Counted from the first letter of the stretch, positions 21,201 through 33,151 are shown. The stretch is 64,000 nt of DNA from Leidyana gryllorum EB-2025a (GCA_048772705.1 JBLWGC010000123.1:1-64000); one strand, 5' to 3'. The notes: generated by a model not told the origin, from the letters alone. Program-made: numbers and translations.

Positions 21201-21301
21201 GTCTGATAGTTGTTGACGCAACACGGCACTCGACCCATCCCCGACAGCTAAGACAGGATCTGAGTTGTTGACTCAACAGGCTGCAACCCGGCCATCCGCC
21301 C

Positions 21302-21374
21302 AGACGCTACTGGGACTCGAACCCAGAATCCCCGGTTCCGTAGACCGATGCCATATCCATTAGGCCATAGCGCC
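21302..21374 (-). tRNA. tRNA-Arg(ACG)
   Basis: Intact. Confidence 0.9.
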
Positions 21375-21495
21375 GACTAGCGGAGCCGTCAAATGGGAGT
21401 GTGTAGCGATCAAGACAGGACATGGGCAGCTACGCCCGATGGTGGGTGTGGACAGACTTCACCCACATCTCCCATTCGAGACATCGGGGACATAC

Positions 21496-21567
21496 TATCC
21501 AAGCCAGGATTCGAGCCTGGGTTTGCACGGCCACAACGTGCTGTCCTAACCACTAGACGACTCGGAC
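21496..21567 (-). tRNA. tRNA-His(GTG); recombinant of intact 5' part and pseudogene 3' end
   Basis: 3' end and flank come from the His pseudogene lineage. Confidence 0.8.
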
Positions 21568-21812
21568 AAATCTTTGAGCGAGGCGTAGAGGTAGCGCAGC
21601 ATTGATCAGGATGGGATGGAACAGCCACTCCTCAACTTCGGGTGGAACGGAATTTACTCGTGGAATATCTGATGCCACCACTACAGTCAGATACGTTACC
21701 ATCTAAGCAGCCCGGGCCGTAAGGGTACTTCGGGGTGGCACACCGCAGCCAGAACGACATCGGCGGTCGCAACGGAAGCCATTAACACTCTGGAACTCAG
21801 AAGGAAAGTAAT

Positions 21813-21896
21813 GCACAGATGCCCGAGTGGTCTAAGGGGCCAGACTCAAGTTCTGGTAGGCGCAAGTCTGCATGGGTTCGAATCCCATTCTGTGCA
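21813..21896 (+). tRNA. tRNA-Leu(CAA)
   Basis: Intact. Confidence 0.92.
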
Positions 21897-22171
21897 ACGG
21901 CGATCATCCCCAAAAAAAAACTGGAAAAGGCCACAGTCGGTTGCATGCAGCCGAGTAATCGGCTGTTGCTCTGCTGGTTTGATCCTTCCTCAGAGTGGAA
22001 GGAGTCCTGGGTTCGATTCCAGAACAGCCCTATTGGTCGTCGTTTGACTTGACTGGACATGTTGCCCTCAGAACCAACACAGCCACCTCGTTAGCCCGCT
22101 TCGGTAGAGCAGTCAGGGCAACTAACATCTCGAAAATCACATTTCGGCTACCTCTTCCATGTTGCAGACTG

Positions 22172-22243
22172 AGCAGTGTAGCTCAGTGGAAGAGTGTTAG
22201 GCTCATAACGCAAAGGTGCGTCGATCGAAACGACGCACTGCTA
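22172..22243 (+). tRNA. initiator tRNA-Met, degenerate
   Basis: Anticodon stem mismatches. Confidence 0.78.
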
Positions 22244-22484
22244 AGTGTGCGCAGAAGGGAACAGTTGCAGGATAGATTGGCTCGTGAGCTGCTGCCCGAA
22301 TCGAACCGGCGACCTTTCACTTACTAAGCGAATGCTCTGCCCCAAGCTAAGAAGGCAATGTCAACTGGACATCACGAATGAGTCCCTATTGACGGAAGTT
22401 ACTGAAGCACATTGTTCCACCACTCAATACTTCCACTGCTCCACATACCGGCCAATAGGGTGTAACTAAGTTTAGAGTTTCCTT

Positions 22485-22558
22485 GCCGCCCTTAGCTCAG
22501 TCGGTAGAGCGCAAGACTTTTAATTTTGCAGTCGCGGGTTCGAGCCCCGCGGGCGGTG
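22485..22558 (+). tRNA. tRNA-Lys(TTT)
   Basis: 1-nt insertion. Confidence 0.8.
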
Positions 22559-22618
22559 CAAGTCAATGTCTCTGGGAGTAAGAATGGAACCGTTGCCTAC
22601 AACCACACTCTGCTGGAT

Positions 22619-22691
22619 TTCCACTGGCGGCACTTAAACCCGGATCCTTCGGGTGAAAGCCGCATATCCTAGCCGCTTAGACTACAGTGGA
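22619..22691 (-). pseudogene. tRNA-Glu(TTC), degenerate
   Basis: Many mismatches. Confidence 0.72.
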
Positions 22692-23309
22692 CGAGTGGTT
22701 GAGTTGGGGCTTCGGCCGAGAGCCGTACCGTCTTGGAAAAAATGGTATGTCGGCGTGATCAAGTGAGTGGATCTCTGATACAGATTCGGACTTAGTAACC
22801 AATTCCATTTGTATTGATCGTGGAATCTTGGGCCTTCCTCGGGTACGGGGCGAGCTTCCTTGCCGTCCCAAATCAGTCGGTAGAGCGCCAGCCTTTTGAA
22901 GGGAGAACCGCGGGTTCGGGCAGCGCGAGCGGTCCGAGTCAAGCTTGCTGAACCGTATGTGAAGCCACTGTCTGCGGCATGCCGAGTTCGGCCGTTGGCA
23001 ACTTGCCCGAGTGGTTAAAGGGGTAGACTAGCAATCCACTGGGCCCGGCCCGCGCTGGTTCAAATCCAGCAGTTGTCGTGCGATGTGATCGGAGGGTCAA
23101 ACACCAACTCACGCATAAAACTCAACCATGTGCTATCTCCTCTGCATCTGCCGGGAATCGAACCCGGGTGGTCTCGATCGTGACGAGACATTCTACCACT
23201 AGACCCTAGATGCGGAATAGCTTGTTGTTGAAGCTCGTACACAATAACGGCCGTTTTGCTCCGAATGAGAAGACAGGGTCAAGTTGAGCGAGTATGAGAG
23301 GCGGCTCGT

Positions 23310-23381
23310 GGGTACGTAGTTCAGTGGTAGAGCAGCTGACTGCAGATCAGCAAGTCCGTGGTTCAACTCCGCGCGTGCCCT
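23310..23381 (+). tRNA. tRNA-Cys(GCA)
   Basis: Cloverleaf; U73. Confidence 0.88.
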
Positions 23382-23498
23382 GAAGTTGGGCTGAAAGGCT
23401 GGAAGATGTTAAACCAACATTCCTGACCACAGTGGGTTGCAGAATCCTGCGGTAGAAAGAGCAGGGTCTTTATACTAACCTCTGAAACATTGTAGCTG

Positions 23499-23571
23499 GG
23501 TCTTGTAGCTCAGTCGGCAGAGCGTGTGGCTGTTAACCACAAAGTCACAGGTTCGAAACCTGCCAGGAGCG
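23499..23571 (+). tRNA. tRNA-Asn(GTT), degenerate
   Basis: Mismatches. Confidence 0.8.
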
Positions 23572-23634
23572 GGTTCTGCGACAGTGTACTCTCTAGACGG
23601 TATTTAAATACCGGCAGTTGCAGACTACGAAGTT

Positions 23635-23707
23635 TGGACGACCTGGGCATCGATCCGAGTACCTCTCACATGCTAAGCGAGCGCTCTACCATTTGAGCTA
23701 GTCGCCC
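23635..23707 (-). tRNA. tRNA-Ala(AGC), degenerate
   Basis: Mismatches. Confidence 0.8.
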
Positions 23708-23805
23708 GTTGTGCAGACATTGTACAGACCCCATCGCATTTTTATGTTCTCAACATCGTATGATCACTCTCTCGACTGTATTCAGCGGGTTTCACGACCG
23801 ACAGG

Positions 23806-23877
23806 GGCTGATTGGTCTAGTGGTGTGATTATTCCTTAGGGTGGAAGAAGTCCTGGGTTCGATTCCCAGAACAGCCC
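23806..23877 (+). tRNA. tRNA-Pro(AGG), degenerate
   Basis: Mismatches. Confidence 0.78.
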
Positions 23878-24014
23878 CGTTGGTTGTCGGTTGACCCGAT
23901 GGGATAAGCAGTTTTAGAAGTAACACAGCCACCTCGTCACCACTTCGGCACTCAAGGCAATTCTGCGGTAGAAAGAGGAGGGTCTCTATAATCACCTCTG
24001 AAATATTGTAGCTG

Positions 24015-24087
24015 GGTCTTGTAGCTCAGTCGGCAGAGCGTGTGGCTGTTAACCACAAAGTCGCAGGTTCGAAACCTGCCAGGACCG
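24015..24087 (+). tRNA. tRNA-Asn(GTT)
   Basis: Intact. Confidence 0.92.
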
Positions 24088-24253
24088 GTTTCAGATGCAC
24101 CCTAAACACTGACTGCGCGGCTCTCCCAATGGCATTTGTGGTATGCGACTCTTCAAAGATGTAAGGTGGTTTTGATCCCTCCAGGTGTTGGTAGAGTCGG
24201 GAGACTGCTCATAATATGTCAAGAAGCACTAAATGCTATGGGGTCTGCATAGC

Positions 24254-24326
24254 GGGCGACTAGCTCAAATGATATAGCACTCGCTTAGCATGCAAGAGAT
24301 ACTGGGATCGATGCCCGGGTCGTCCA
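24254..24326 (+). pseudogene. tRNA-Ala(AGC), degenerate
   Basis: D-arm decayed. Confidence 0.72.
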
Positions 24327-24415
24327 AACTACATGCAACCTTCGCTACAGAGAAACGCCCGCGGCGTGGTCAAAAAGTGTGAGTGTTGTTCTTGTAATCC
24401 AATCGACAAGCTACT

Positions 24416-24489
24416 GCCTACGTGGCGCAATGGATAGCGTGTTGGACTTCTAATCCAAAGGTTGCGAGTTCGAATCTCGCAGGAGGTAG
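24416..24489 (+). pseudogene. tRNA-Arg(TCT), degenerate
   Basis: Deletion and acceptor mismatches. Confidence 0.72.
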
Positions 24490-24554
24490 CCAAATGATCA
24501 GCAGCTTACTTCGATCACCTGGCTGACTCTAGCTGCCTTCGCCGTGGAATGTTG

Positions 24555-24627
24555 TCCACTGTAGTCTAAGTGGCTAGGATATGCGGCTCTCACCCGCACA
24601 CTCCGGGTTCAAGTCCCGGCAGTGGAA
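24555..24627 (+). tRNA. tRNA-Glu(CTC)
   Basis: Cloverleaf. Confidence 0.88.
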
Positions 24628-24661
24628 ATCCAGCTGAGTGTGCTTGCAGGCAACAGATCCA

Positions 24662-24734
24662 CACCGCCCGCGGGGCTCGAACCCGCGACTGCAAGATTAA
24701 GAGTCTTGCGCTCTACCGACTGAGCTAGGGCGGC
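24662..24734 (-). tRNA. tRNA-Lys(CTT)
   Basis: Intact. Confidence 0.92.
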
Positions 24735-24922
24735 AAGAAAGCAACGACACAAAACCCGATAGCCTGACAACTAAAGTGGCTTTGGTATCCACCAGCCTCA
24801 GCAAGTTGTGGCCGTGCATACCCAGGCCCGAATCCTGGCTTGGATAGTATGTCCCCGATGTTTTGAATGGGAGATGTGGGTGATGCCATCGGGCGTCGCT
24901 GCCCATGTCCTGTCTTGATCGC

Positions 24923-25257
24923 TGATTGGAGTTTGTGGGGTCCTGGGAGGGGTTTGGATCGGTGGTGACGCGGTGTTGGATTGGCGTGACCTCCTCAACT
25001 TGTTCCGACATGTCTGGTTCCTTGGAGGATCGCCTTTGTAGGCGTAGGCTCTGTGATCGGGTTATTACGGGTATGATGAGTAGTAGAAGTTGTAGTAGAT
25101 TAGTTGTAGTTTCGTTGATCTATAGTCACTGATTAAGAGTGGCGCATCTCTCGCTCTGTCTATTCTTTTCTATTCTGTCTGTGCTTTTGTAGTTGTGTGC
25201 GGCATCGTCCCAATGGGCGATGCAGCTGGGTTGTGTCTGTGTGTCTATTACAGATCA
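24923..25257. mobile_element. Solo-LTR-like element, family B (335 bp)
   Basis: TGAT...ATCA ends; TSD ATCGC; empty site near 40426 (tcttgatcgctacacac). Confidence 0.85.
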
Positions 25258-25292
25258 ATCGCTACACACTTCCATTTGACGGCTCCGCTAGT

Positions 25293-25365
25293 GGCGCTAT
25301 GGCCTAATGGATATGGCATCGGTCTACGGAACCGGGGATTCTGGGTTCGAGTCCCAGTAGCGTCT
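25293..25365 (+). tRNA. tRNA-Arg(ACG)
   Basis: Intact. Confidence 0.9.
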
Positions 25366-25423
25366 GGACGAATGGCCGGGTTGCAGCCTGTTGAGTGCCG
25401 TGTTGCGTCAACAACTATCAGAC

Positions 25424-25495
25424 GGGCTGTTCTGGGAATCGAACCCAGGACTTCTTCCACCCGAAGGAAGAATCATACCACTAGACCAAACAGCC
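25424..25495 (-). tRNA. tRNA-Pro(CGG)
   Basis: Intact. Confidence 0.92.
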
Positions 25496-25702
25496 GCCTA
25501 GATCACTCAATGCCATGAGGTAGGCACAGAGGGAGGCTAGCCCAGATGATGAAACGGTGCTTAGTGTACGAAAGGTTCTGGGATCGATTCTCAGCTCATC
25601 CGAACTAGATAGATGGAACCCTCGCCGGAGTAGTCTAGTTGGCTCAACGCTGTCTGCCAAAACCATCAGGTTGAGTAGTACTTTGCCGATCACCACTCTA
25701 CT

Positions 25703-25782
25703 TCCGGTGGGACGGAATCGAACCGCCGACTATCTGATGCCAGCACTACAGTCAGATGCTCTACCAACTGAGCTACCCCCGG
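25703..25782 (-). tRNA. tRNA-Tyr(GTA) with 7-nt intron
   Basis: Cloverleaf plus TGCTGGC intron. Confidence 0.88.
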
Positions 25783-26012
25783 CCGTCCAACTGCTCCGGG
25801 GTTCAAAAGGCTCAACCCCAGATCCTCGACCTTTCGGACTGCGGTCTGAGCACAGCGCCTTAGACAACTCGGCCATCTTGCCACAGTGTTGTTGGTTCAT
25901 CCCTCCACGCGTTTTTTGTCCGTGAGCCAAAATAGAAAGACTTCTGGGATTGGAGGCCGGCGTGTTCAGAGCGTCCGAGATAGTATAGTGGTTAGTAAGG
26001 GAGATAGATCCA

Positions 26013-26085
26013 CACCGCCCGCGGGGCTCGAACCCGCGACTGCAAGATTGAAAGTCTTGCGCTCTACGGACTGAGCTAGGGCGGC
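26013..26085 (-). tRNA. tRNA-Lys body with TTC anticodon
   Basis: Stems intact; D-loop G18 changed to C. Confidence 0.75.
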
Positions 26086-26186
26086 AACGAAGCTCTAAAC
26101 TGAGTTACACCCTATTTGCCGTTGGGTGGAGCCCTGGATCCGTTCGACCAGTGGAACAATGAGCTTCAGTAACTTCCGTTAACATT

Positions 26187-26257
26187 GCCTTCTTAGCTGG
26201 TGGCAGAGCATTCGCTTTGTAAGCGAAAGGTCGCCGGTTCGATTCCGGCAGAAGGCT
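26187..26257 (+). tRNA. tRNA-Thr(TGT)
   Basis: Cloverleaf. Confidence 0.85.
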
Positions 26258-26330
26258 TTGCTCACGCACTTAAGCTTTTCTGAGTGGTCTCTCAGTTTTG
26301 GAGGGGAATTGCAATGCACTTTAGATTGGT

Positions 26331-26402
26331 TGTCCGAGCCAGGAATCGAGCCTGGGTTTGCACGGCCACAACGTGCTGTCCTAACCACTAGACGACTCGG
26401 AC
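26331..26402 (-). tRNA. tRNA-His(GTG)
   Basis: Cloverleaf. Confidence 0.88.
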
Positions 26403-26450
26403 AAATCTTTGAGCGAGGCTGTAGAGGTAGCGAAGCATCTATCAGGATGG

Positions 26451-27467
26451 TGTTGTAACCCCAAGTCGCTACTCAAGGGGAACGAGGCCCAGTTCTCATC
26501 TCTGCATACTTTCGACCACAAGTCAGACTTAGAACCAAGTTAGTACTTTTGCCGACAAGTCTACCACGAATATGTCGCACACGACGGCGCAAAACAAGAA
26601 CTACGACTTGTTGTACCAAGTGCAAAAGTTATCTTAGGCCGCCTCTTGCCTAGTCCAACTCTGCCTTAGCCAACTTTGCTTGCGTGTGTCTCTCGCTCTG
26701 GTGTCTCTCTCACTCCACCCATGTGCCAGTCGCTCGCACTCTTGCGGAGCCTGCGCTGGACACACACGGTAGTTCTCCCCGACACCACACTCTGATCATT
26801 CATGTGAGTGTCTGCACAGTTACACTGTCGCAGAGAGCTCAGACCACTAGGGTGCATTAGCTGTTGTAACCCCAAGTCGCTACTCAAGGGGGAACAAGGC
26901 CCAGTTCTCATCTCTGCATACTTTCGACCACCAGTCAGACTTAGAACCAAGTTAGTATTTTTGCCGACAAGTCTACCACGAATATGTCGCACACAACGGC
27001 GCAAAACAAGAACTACGACTTGTTGTACCAAGTGCAAAAGTTATCTTAGGCCGCCTCTTGCCTAGTCCAACTCTGACTTAGCCAACTTTGCTCGCGTGTG
27101 TCTCTCGCTCTGGTGTCTCTCTCACTCCACCCATGTGCCAGTCGCTCGCACTCTTGCGGAGCCTCGCGCTGGACACACACGGTACTTCTCCCCGACACCA
27201 CACTCTGATCATTCATGTGAGTGTCTGCACAGTTACACTGTCGCAGAGAGCTCAGACCACTAGGGTGCATTAGCCTTTACGCTTTAGTAGTAGTTGCTTT
27301 ACGTTCGTTAATAATGCCTTTTCACCATCTTATACATTATGCCCCTATATAAGTGCCAAATATGTAGGGAAGTATCCAGATGGATGTTAATTCGGTTGGA
27401 AATTTCACCAAGTCGAATTTGGCCACCCGATAGGAAGTTGACCATCAGGCCAACACGAACTACAACA
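26451..27467. mobile_element. Family A composite in inverted orientation: partial copy 26451-26861 plus full copy 26862-27467
   Basis: Two TGTTGTAACC starts; a single TSD GATGG at 26446-26450 and 27468-27472 flanks the whole. Confidence 0.88.
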
Positions 27468-27700
27468 GATGGGATGGAACAGGAGCGTCAGAGGAACTGC
27501 GTTGCAAGAAGTCCACTCCTCAACTTCGGGTGGGACGGAATTTACTCGTGGAATATCTGATGCCACCACTACAGTCAGATACGTTACCATCTAAGCACCC
27601 TGGGCCGTGAGAGTACTTCGGGGCGGCACACCGCAGCCAGAACGACATCGGTGGTCGCAACGGAAGCCATTGACACTTTGGAACTCAGAACGAAAGTAAT

Positions 27701-27784
27701 GCACAGATGCCCGAGTGGTCTAAGGGGCCAGACTCAAGTTCTGGTAGGCGCAAGTCTGTATGGGTTCGAATCCCATTCTGTGCA
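27701..27784 (+). tRNA. tRNA-Leu(CAA)
   Basis: Intact. Confidence 0.9.
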
Positions 27785-28079
27785 ACGGCGATCATCCCAA
27801 AAAAAAAGCTGGAAAAGGTCACAGTAGATTCGAATCTCCATTTGTATATTCGGTTGCATGCACCCAAGTATTCGGCTGTTGCTCTGCTGGTATAATCCTT
27901 CCTCAGAGTGGAAGGAGTCCTGGGTTCGATTCCAGAACAGCCCTCTTGGTCGTCGGTTGACCCGACGGGACAAGTTGCCCTCACAACCAACACAGCCACC
28001 TCGTTAGCCCACTTCGGCACTCAAGGCCATTAACATCTCAAGAATCGCATTTCGGCTCCCTCTTCCATGTTGCAGATTG

Positions 28080-28151
28080 AGCAGTGTAGCTCAGTGGAAG
28101 AGTGTTGGGCTCATAAAACAAAGGTCCGTCGATCGAAACGACGCACTGCTA
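28080..28151 (+). tRNA. initiator tRNA-Met, degenerate
   Basis: Anticodon stem mismatches. Confidence 0.77.
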
Positions 28152-28539
28152 AGTGTGCGCAGGAGAGAAACAGTTATAGAATTGATTGGGTCGTGAGCAA
28201 AGCCTTCTGCCGAAATCGAACCGGCGACCCATCGCTTACTAAGCGAATGCTCTGCCCTAAAAAGGCACCCCTGCCTCGATCCATATGAGGGTTTGATGCT
28301 CGGAATAGCATCATTTCCAGCACAGAATACAACTGGGCCTGGGCCGCGCTGGTGCAGATCCAGCAGTTGTCGTGCGATGTGATTGGAGGGGTCAGACACC
28401 AGCTTACGCATGAATTCCAATCTACCCCCTTCCCCACTCGGGCAAGTTGGCTACTGTCGATTTCGCCATGCGGCGAGGAGTGGCCCCACATACGGCCGCC
28501 GTAAGTGCTTATTTTCATCGCCTTCCGTGACTACCTACC

Positions 28540-28612
28540 GCCTCGGTAGCTCAGTTGGGAGAACCCCAGACTGAAGATCTGGAAGTCCCGTGTTCGATCC
28601 ACGGCCGAGGCA
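28540..28612 (+). tRNA. tRNA-Phe(GAA)
   Basis: D-stem mismatch. Confidence 0.83.
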
Positions 28613-28676
28613 GAGACGTTGTGACATTTGGTGTCACTATCTCAACTGTCCTCAGCGGGTTGCATGACCGACAGGC

Positions 28677-28748
28677 GGCTGTTTGGTCTAGTGGTATGAT
28701 TCTTCCTTCGGGTGGAAGAAGTCGTGGGTTCGATTCCCAGAACAGCCC
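28677..28748 (+). tRNA. tRNA-Pro(CGG)
   Basis: Cloverleaf. Confidence 0.85.
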
Positions 28749-28977
28749 GTTGGTTGTCGGTTGACCCGACGCTCCATCTCATCTCAAGATGGTATGGCTG
28801 TCCTCCAAAGCTGCAGTTGAGGAAGTTGCCAAGTGTAGTCTAAGTGGCTAGGATATGCGGCTCTCACCCACACCATCCGGGCTCAAGTCCCGGCAGTGGA
28901 AGTCATTGGACTGCTCGAGCAAAGTGCTCCAGTAATCTCCGTCAATAGTGACTGATTCGTGATCTTCGGCCTGTATT

Positions 28978-29049
28978 GCCTTCTTAGCTTAGGGGCCGAG
29001 CATTCGCTTTGTAAGCGAAAGGTCGCTGGTTCGATTCCGGCAGAAGGCT
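28978..29049 (+). tRNA. tRNA-Thr(TGT)
   Basis: Cloverleaf. Confidence 0.87.
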
Positions 29050-29171
29050 TGCTCACGAGCTTAAGCTTTTCTGGCTGGTCTCTCAGATCTCGATAACGAC
29101 CTGAGAGGGCTGCAAAATTCTTCGGTAGAAGATGAAGGATCTCCCTACTAACCTCTGAAAGATTGTCACTG

Positions 29172-29244
29172 GGTCTTGTAGCTCAGTCGGCAGAGCGTGT
29201 GGCTGTTAACCACAAAGTCGCAGGTTCGAAACCTGCCAGGACCG
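29172..29244 (+). tRNA. tRNA-Asn(GTT)
   Basis: Intact. Confidence 0.92.
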
Positions 29245-29359
29245 GTTTCAGAGGCACACTAAACACTGAGTGCGCTGGTGTGCCAATGGCACTTGTGGTC
29301 TGCGACCATTCAAAGATGGAAGTTTGTTTGGATCCCGCCACGTGCAGCCGTACGTACTT

Positions 29360-29432
29360 TGGACGACCTGGGTATCGATCCCAGTACCTCTCGCATGCGA
29401 AGCGAGCGCTCTACCATCTGAGCTAGCCGCCC
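29360..29432 (-). tRNA. tRNA-Ala(CGC)
   Basis: Intact. Confidence 0.92.
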
Positions 29433-29456
29433 ATCCGCTCATCCGCTCTACATGGA

Positions 29457-29762
29457 TGATGCGTCATTTTGAACCTGATCTGCATTCTTTCAGTTAAGCC
29501 CCAGAGTCAATGACGGCCTAAGGCCTTTAGGTTAAGCTAGATCTACGTGCCAGCCTGGTTAAGGGAGACACGAGCACGACACACACGTTTTTATTATTCA
29601 TTTTTCATTACATTCCAATACAACTAATTCAATTACCGGCACTTACCAGACCAAAACCCAACTTCAGAATACCCAGATTAGCCATCAGTATAGATTATGG
29701 ACCCAATGCATCCAACTAGGGACGGAACCAGCGATTCGGCGGATGTTCCGCCTATCAAACCA
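29457..29762. mobile_element. Solo-LTR-like element, family C (306 bp)
   Basis: TG...CA ends; TSD ATGGA; empty site near 4345 (ctacatggaagacc). Confidence 0.85.
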
Positions 29763-29811
29763 ATGGAAGACCTATTGCATCCAGTGGCTGACCGAGGGCC
29801 GATACAACGGC

Positions 29812-29891
29812 TGACAAGAGTGGGATTCGAACCCACGCCCTTTCGGACTGCGGCCTTAACACAGCGCCTTGGACCACTCGGCCATCTTGCC
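29812..29891 (-). tRNA. tRNA-Leu(AAG)
   Basis: Intact. Confidence 0.92.
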
Positions 29892-29986
29892 GGAGTGCCC
29901 TTGGCTCGCCACTTTACACGCTTTCTGTCCGTGAAGTCTCGAGAAGGGAGGACTTTTGGGGTTGAAGGCCGGGGTATCCACGAGCG

Positions 29987-30058
29987 TCCGAGATAGTATA
30001 GTGCTTAGTATTTCCGCCTGTCACTCGGAAGACCCGGGTTCGATTACCGGTCTCGGAG
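29987..30058 (+). tRNA. tRNA-Asp(GTC), degenerate
   Basis: Mismatches. Confidence 0.77.
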
Positions 30059-30840
30059 CACAGTTGGTTTCGCTTAGATTCTCTCCTTTGGTTCTCGCTG
30101 AAAGTTGCGAGCTACAACCACCAAGGATCGAACTCGGGAACTTCTGCGTGTGAAGCAGACGTCGTAAGCACTAGACCATGGCTGCACGGAGCTTCCGGAC
30201 TGTGAAAGCGGCGTGTGTCTCTGGAAACAGGTATCTGATGGAGGGCAGAAGGCTCGCAGGGGTGCGAGGAATGACACCGAATGTCACAACCTCTTTGCCT
30301 CAGCCGTGGATCTTCAGTCTGGCGCTCTCCCAACTGAGCTACCGAGGCGGTAGGTAGTCATGGAAGGCGGTGAAAATAAGCACTTATCGCGGCCGTATGT
30401 GAGCCCACTCCTCGCAGCATGACGGAATCGACAGTTGCCAACTTGCCCGAGTGAGGAACTAGTGTAGATCCAGCACATCTTGCGCCCTGTGGCTTCACAT
30501 ACGGTTCAGCAAGCTTGACTAGGACTGCTCGCGCGGCGCGAAGCCGCGGTTTTCCCTTAAAAAGTCTGGCGCTCTACCGACGGACTTGGGGCGGCAACGA
30601 AGCTCGGACTTAGTAACAAATTCCATTCGTATTGATCGTGGAATCTTGGGCCTTCCTCGGGTGCAGGGCGAATCTGTATCAGAGATCCACTCACTTGGTC
30701 ACGCGCGGGCTCCAGTCGCGGACTCGGAAGTTATCAGGCTCACGCTCTAACCGACTGGAATATGTGACCGCTTCAGAGTTGAGGTGAACAGTCACTAGCC
30801 GAAAGAGCGAGTGATGTGCACAGCAAAACCCCATAACTGG

Positions 30841-31442
30841 TGTTGTAGTTCGTGTTTGCCTGATGGTCAACTTCCTATCGGGTGGCCAGATTCGACTTGG
30901 TGAAATTTCCAATCGAATTAGCATCCATCTGGATACTTCCCTACATATTTGGCACTTATATAGGGGCATATATAAGATGGTGAAGAGGCATTATTAACGA
31001 ACGTAAAGCAACCACTACTAAAGCGTAAAGGCAAATGCACCCTAGTGGTCTGAGCTCGCTGCGACAGTGTAACTGTGCAGACACTCACATGAATGATCAG
31101 AGTGTGGTGTCGGGGAGAACTACCGTGTGTGTCCAGCGCGAGGCTCGGCAAGAGTGCGAGCGACTGGCACATGGGGGGAGTGAGAGAGACACCGGAGCGA
31201 GAGACACACGCAAGCAAAGTTGGCTAAGTCAGAGTTGGACTAGGCAAGAGGCGGCCTAAGATAACTTTTGCACTTGGTACAACAAGTCGTAGTTCTTGTT
31301 TTGCGCCGTCGTGTGCGACATATTCGTGGTAGACTCGTCGGCAAAAATACTAACTTGGTTCTAAGTCTGGCTTGTGGTCGAAAGTATGCAGAGGTGAGAA
31401 CTGGGCCTCGTTCCCCTTGAGTAGCGACTTGGGGTTACAACA
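30841..31442. mobile_element. Solo-LTR-like element, family A
   Basis: TSD ACTGG at 30836-30840 and 31443-31447. Confidence 0.9.
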
Positions 31443-31619
31443 ACTGGGATTGAAGCGGCCGCTCAGACCTTCGTCCACCCCGCCAAACAGTCATTCCAAG
31501 AGCCAAATACTGACATCGAGAAGGGGGTGTACCTACACCCTGACAGTTCGCACGGGAATCCCGACGGAAGGTGCGCTGGTCCGGATGGCTGTACCGACTC
31601 TTTTGGGATGGGCTGAAGC

Positions 31620-31691
31620 GGTTGCGTGGTGTAGTGGTTAGCACTGGAGACTCTGAATCTCCCGACCTGGGTTCGATTCCCGGCGCGACCT
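31620..31691 (+). tRNA. tRNA-Gln(CTG)
   Basis: Intact. Confidence 0.92.
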
Positions 31692-32034
31692 CGGAACTGG
31701 TCCTCACTACTCCTGAAACTTCGCCACTTCTCTTGGGCTGCGGGACTTTCGCAGGAAAATCATATCACTAGCACTTCAACTCGACATACGCGGTGGTGGC
31801 TCCCCATACAGCTAGCAAGCTTGCCTCGGTCGAAACAGAACGTCTTCCGAGTGAGAGGCTATGATGCGGATGGGACTCGAACCCACAACTCCCGGTTCCG
31901 AATACCGATGCCCTCTCCATTAGGCCACCGCAAAATGGATAGGCTTCGGTCATCTGGATACTGGTTGGGTGAAAGAGGAGACACCTCGGGGCAGCCCGCT
32001 TTCGTCCCACTCAAAAGTCGGATGCGTCCCGAAT

Positions 32035-32107
32035 GCGGTTGTGGCGCAATGGATAGCGCGTTGCCCTCCTAAGGCAAAGGTTGAGGGTTCGAGTCCCTCC
32101 AGCCGTT
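32035..32107 (+). tRNA. tRNA-Arg(CCT)
   Basis: Intact; single copy in window. Confidence 0.9.
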
Positions 32108-32222
32108 TCCTGCGTGCCTTCGTTTGTGCAAAGTGGAGCACAAACTGGTGAAAGTGATTGATGCAGTTGGGAGATTGGTCATACCATGTAAAAAGAACTG
32201 GATGTACTGGGGTTTGCTGAAT

Positions 32223-32295
32223 GGGCGACTAGCTCAAATGGTAGCGCGCTCGCTTAGCATGCGAGAGGTACTGGGATCGATGCCCAGGTCGTCCA
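32223..32295 (+). tRNA. tRNA-Ala(AGC)
   Basis: Cloverleaf. Confidence 0.87.
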
Positions 32296-32410
32296 AAGTA
32301 CGTACGGCTGCACGTGGCGGGATCCAAACCACCTTACATCTTTGAAGGGTCGCAGACCACAAGTGCCATTGGGAGAGCAGCGCAGTCAATGTTTAGGGTG
32401 CCTCTGAAAG

Positions 32411-32483
32411 CGGTCCTGGCAGGTTTCGCACCTGCGACTTTGTGGTTAACAGCCACACGCTCTGCCGACTGAGCTACAAGACC
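32411..32483 (-). tRNA. tRNA-Asn(GTT)
   Basis: T-loop change. Confidence 0.82.
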
Positions 32484-32600
32484 CAGCTACAATGTTTCAG
32501 AGGTTAATATAGGAACCCGCCTCTTGCTGGCGCAGGATTCTGCAACCCCTTATGGTCAGGAATGTTGGTTTAACATCTTCCAGCGTTTCATCTCAACTTC

Positions 32601-32672
32601 AGGGCACGCGCGAAGTTGAACCACGGACTTGCTGATCTGCAGTCAAATGCTCTACCACTGAGTTACGTACCC
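32601..32672 (-). tRNA. tRNA-Cys(GCA), degenerate
   Basis: Mismatches. Confidence 0.78.
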
Positions 32673-32768
32673 ACGAGGCGCCTCTCAAGCTCGCTCAACT
32701 TGACCCTGTCTTCTCATTCGAAGCAAAACGGCCGTTATTGTGTACGAGCTCCAACAACAAGGTGTTAC

Positions 32769-32839
32769 GCATCTGTGGTCTAGTGGTAGAATGTCTCGTT
32801 GCCATCGAGACGACCCGGGTTCGATTCCCGGCAGATGCA
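32769..32839 (+). tRNA. tRNA-Gly(GCC)
   Basis: Intact. Confidence 0.92.
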
Positions 32840-32905
32840 GAGGACACATGGTTGCTTTTCCACATTCAGAAATGAGTTGGTGTTTAACCCTCCAACCACA
32901 TCGCA

Positions 32906-32987
32906 CGACAACTGCTGGATTTGAACCAGCGCGGGCCCGGCCCAGTAGATTTCTAGTCTACCCCCTTAACCACTCGGGCAAGTTGCC
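32906..32987 (-). tRNA. tRNA-Ser(AGA)
   Basis: Intact. Confidence 0.9.
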
Positions 32988-33151
32988 GTTGTCGAACTTG
33001 GCATTTTGCGGCCAGTGGCTTCACATACGGTTCAGCAAGCTTTTACTAGGACTGCTCGCGCCGCCCGAACCCGCGGTTCTCCCTTCAAAAGTCTTGTGGA
33101 ATCTTTCCGAGACGGTCCGGCTCTCGGCCGAAGCCTAAACTCGAGCACTTG

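Larger units (their letters stand above)
29165..30065. repeat. Segmental duplication; inverted copy at ~39040-39935
   Basis: Asn-Ala-family C-Leu-Asp block reversed. Confidence 0.9.
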
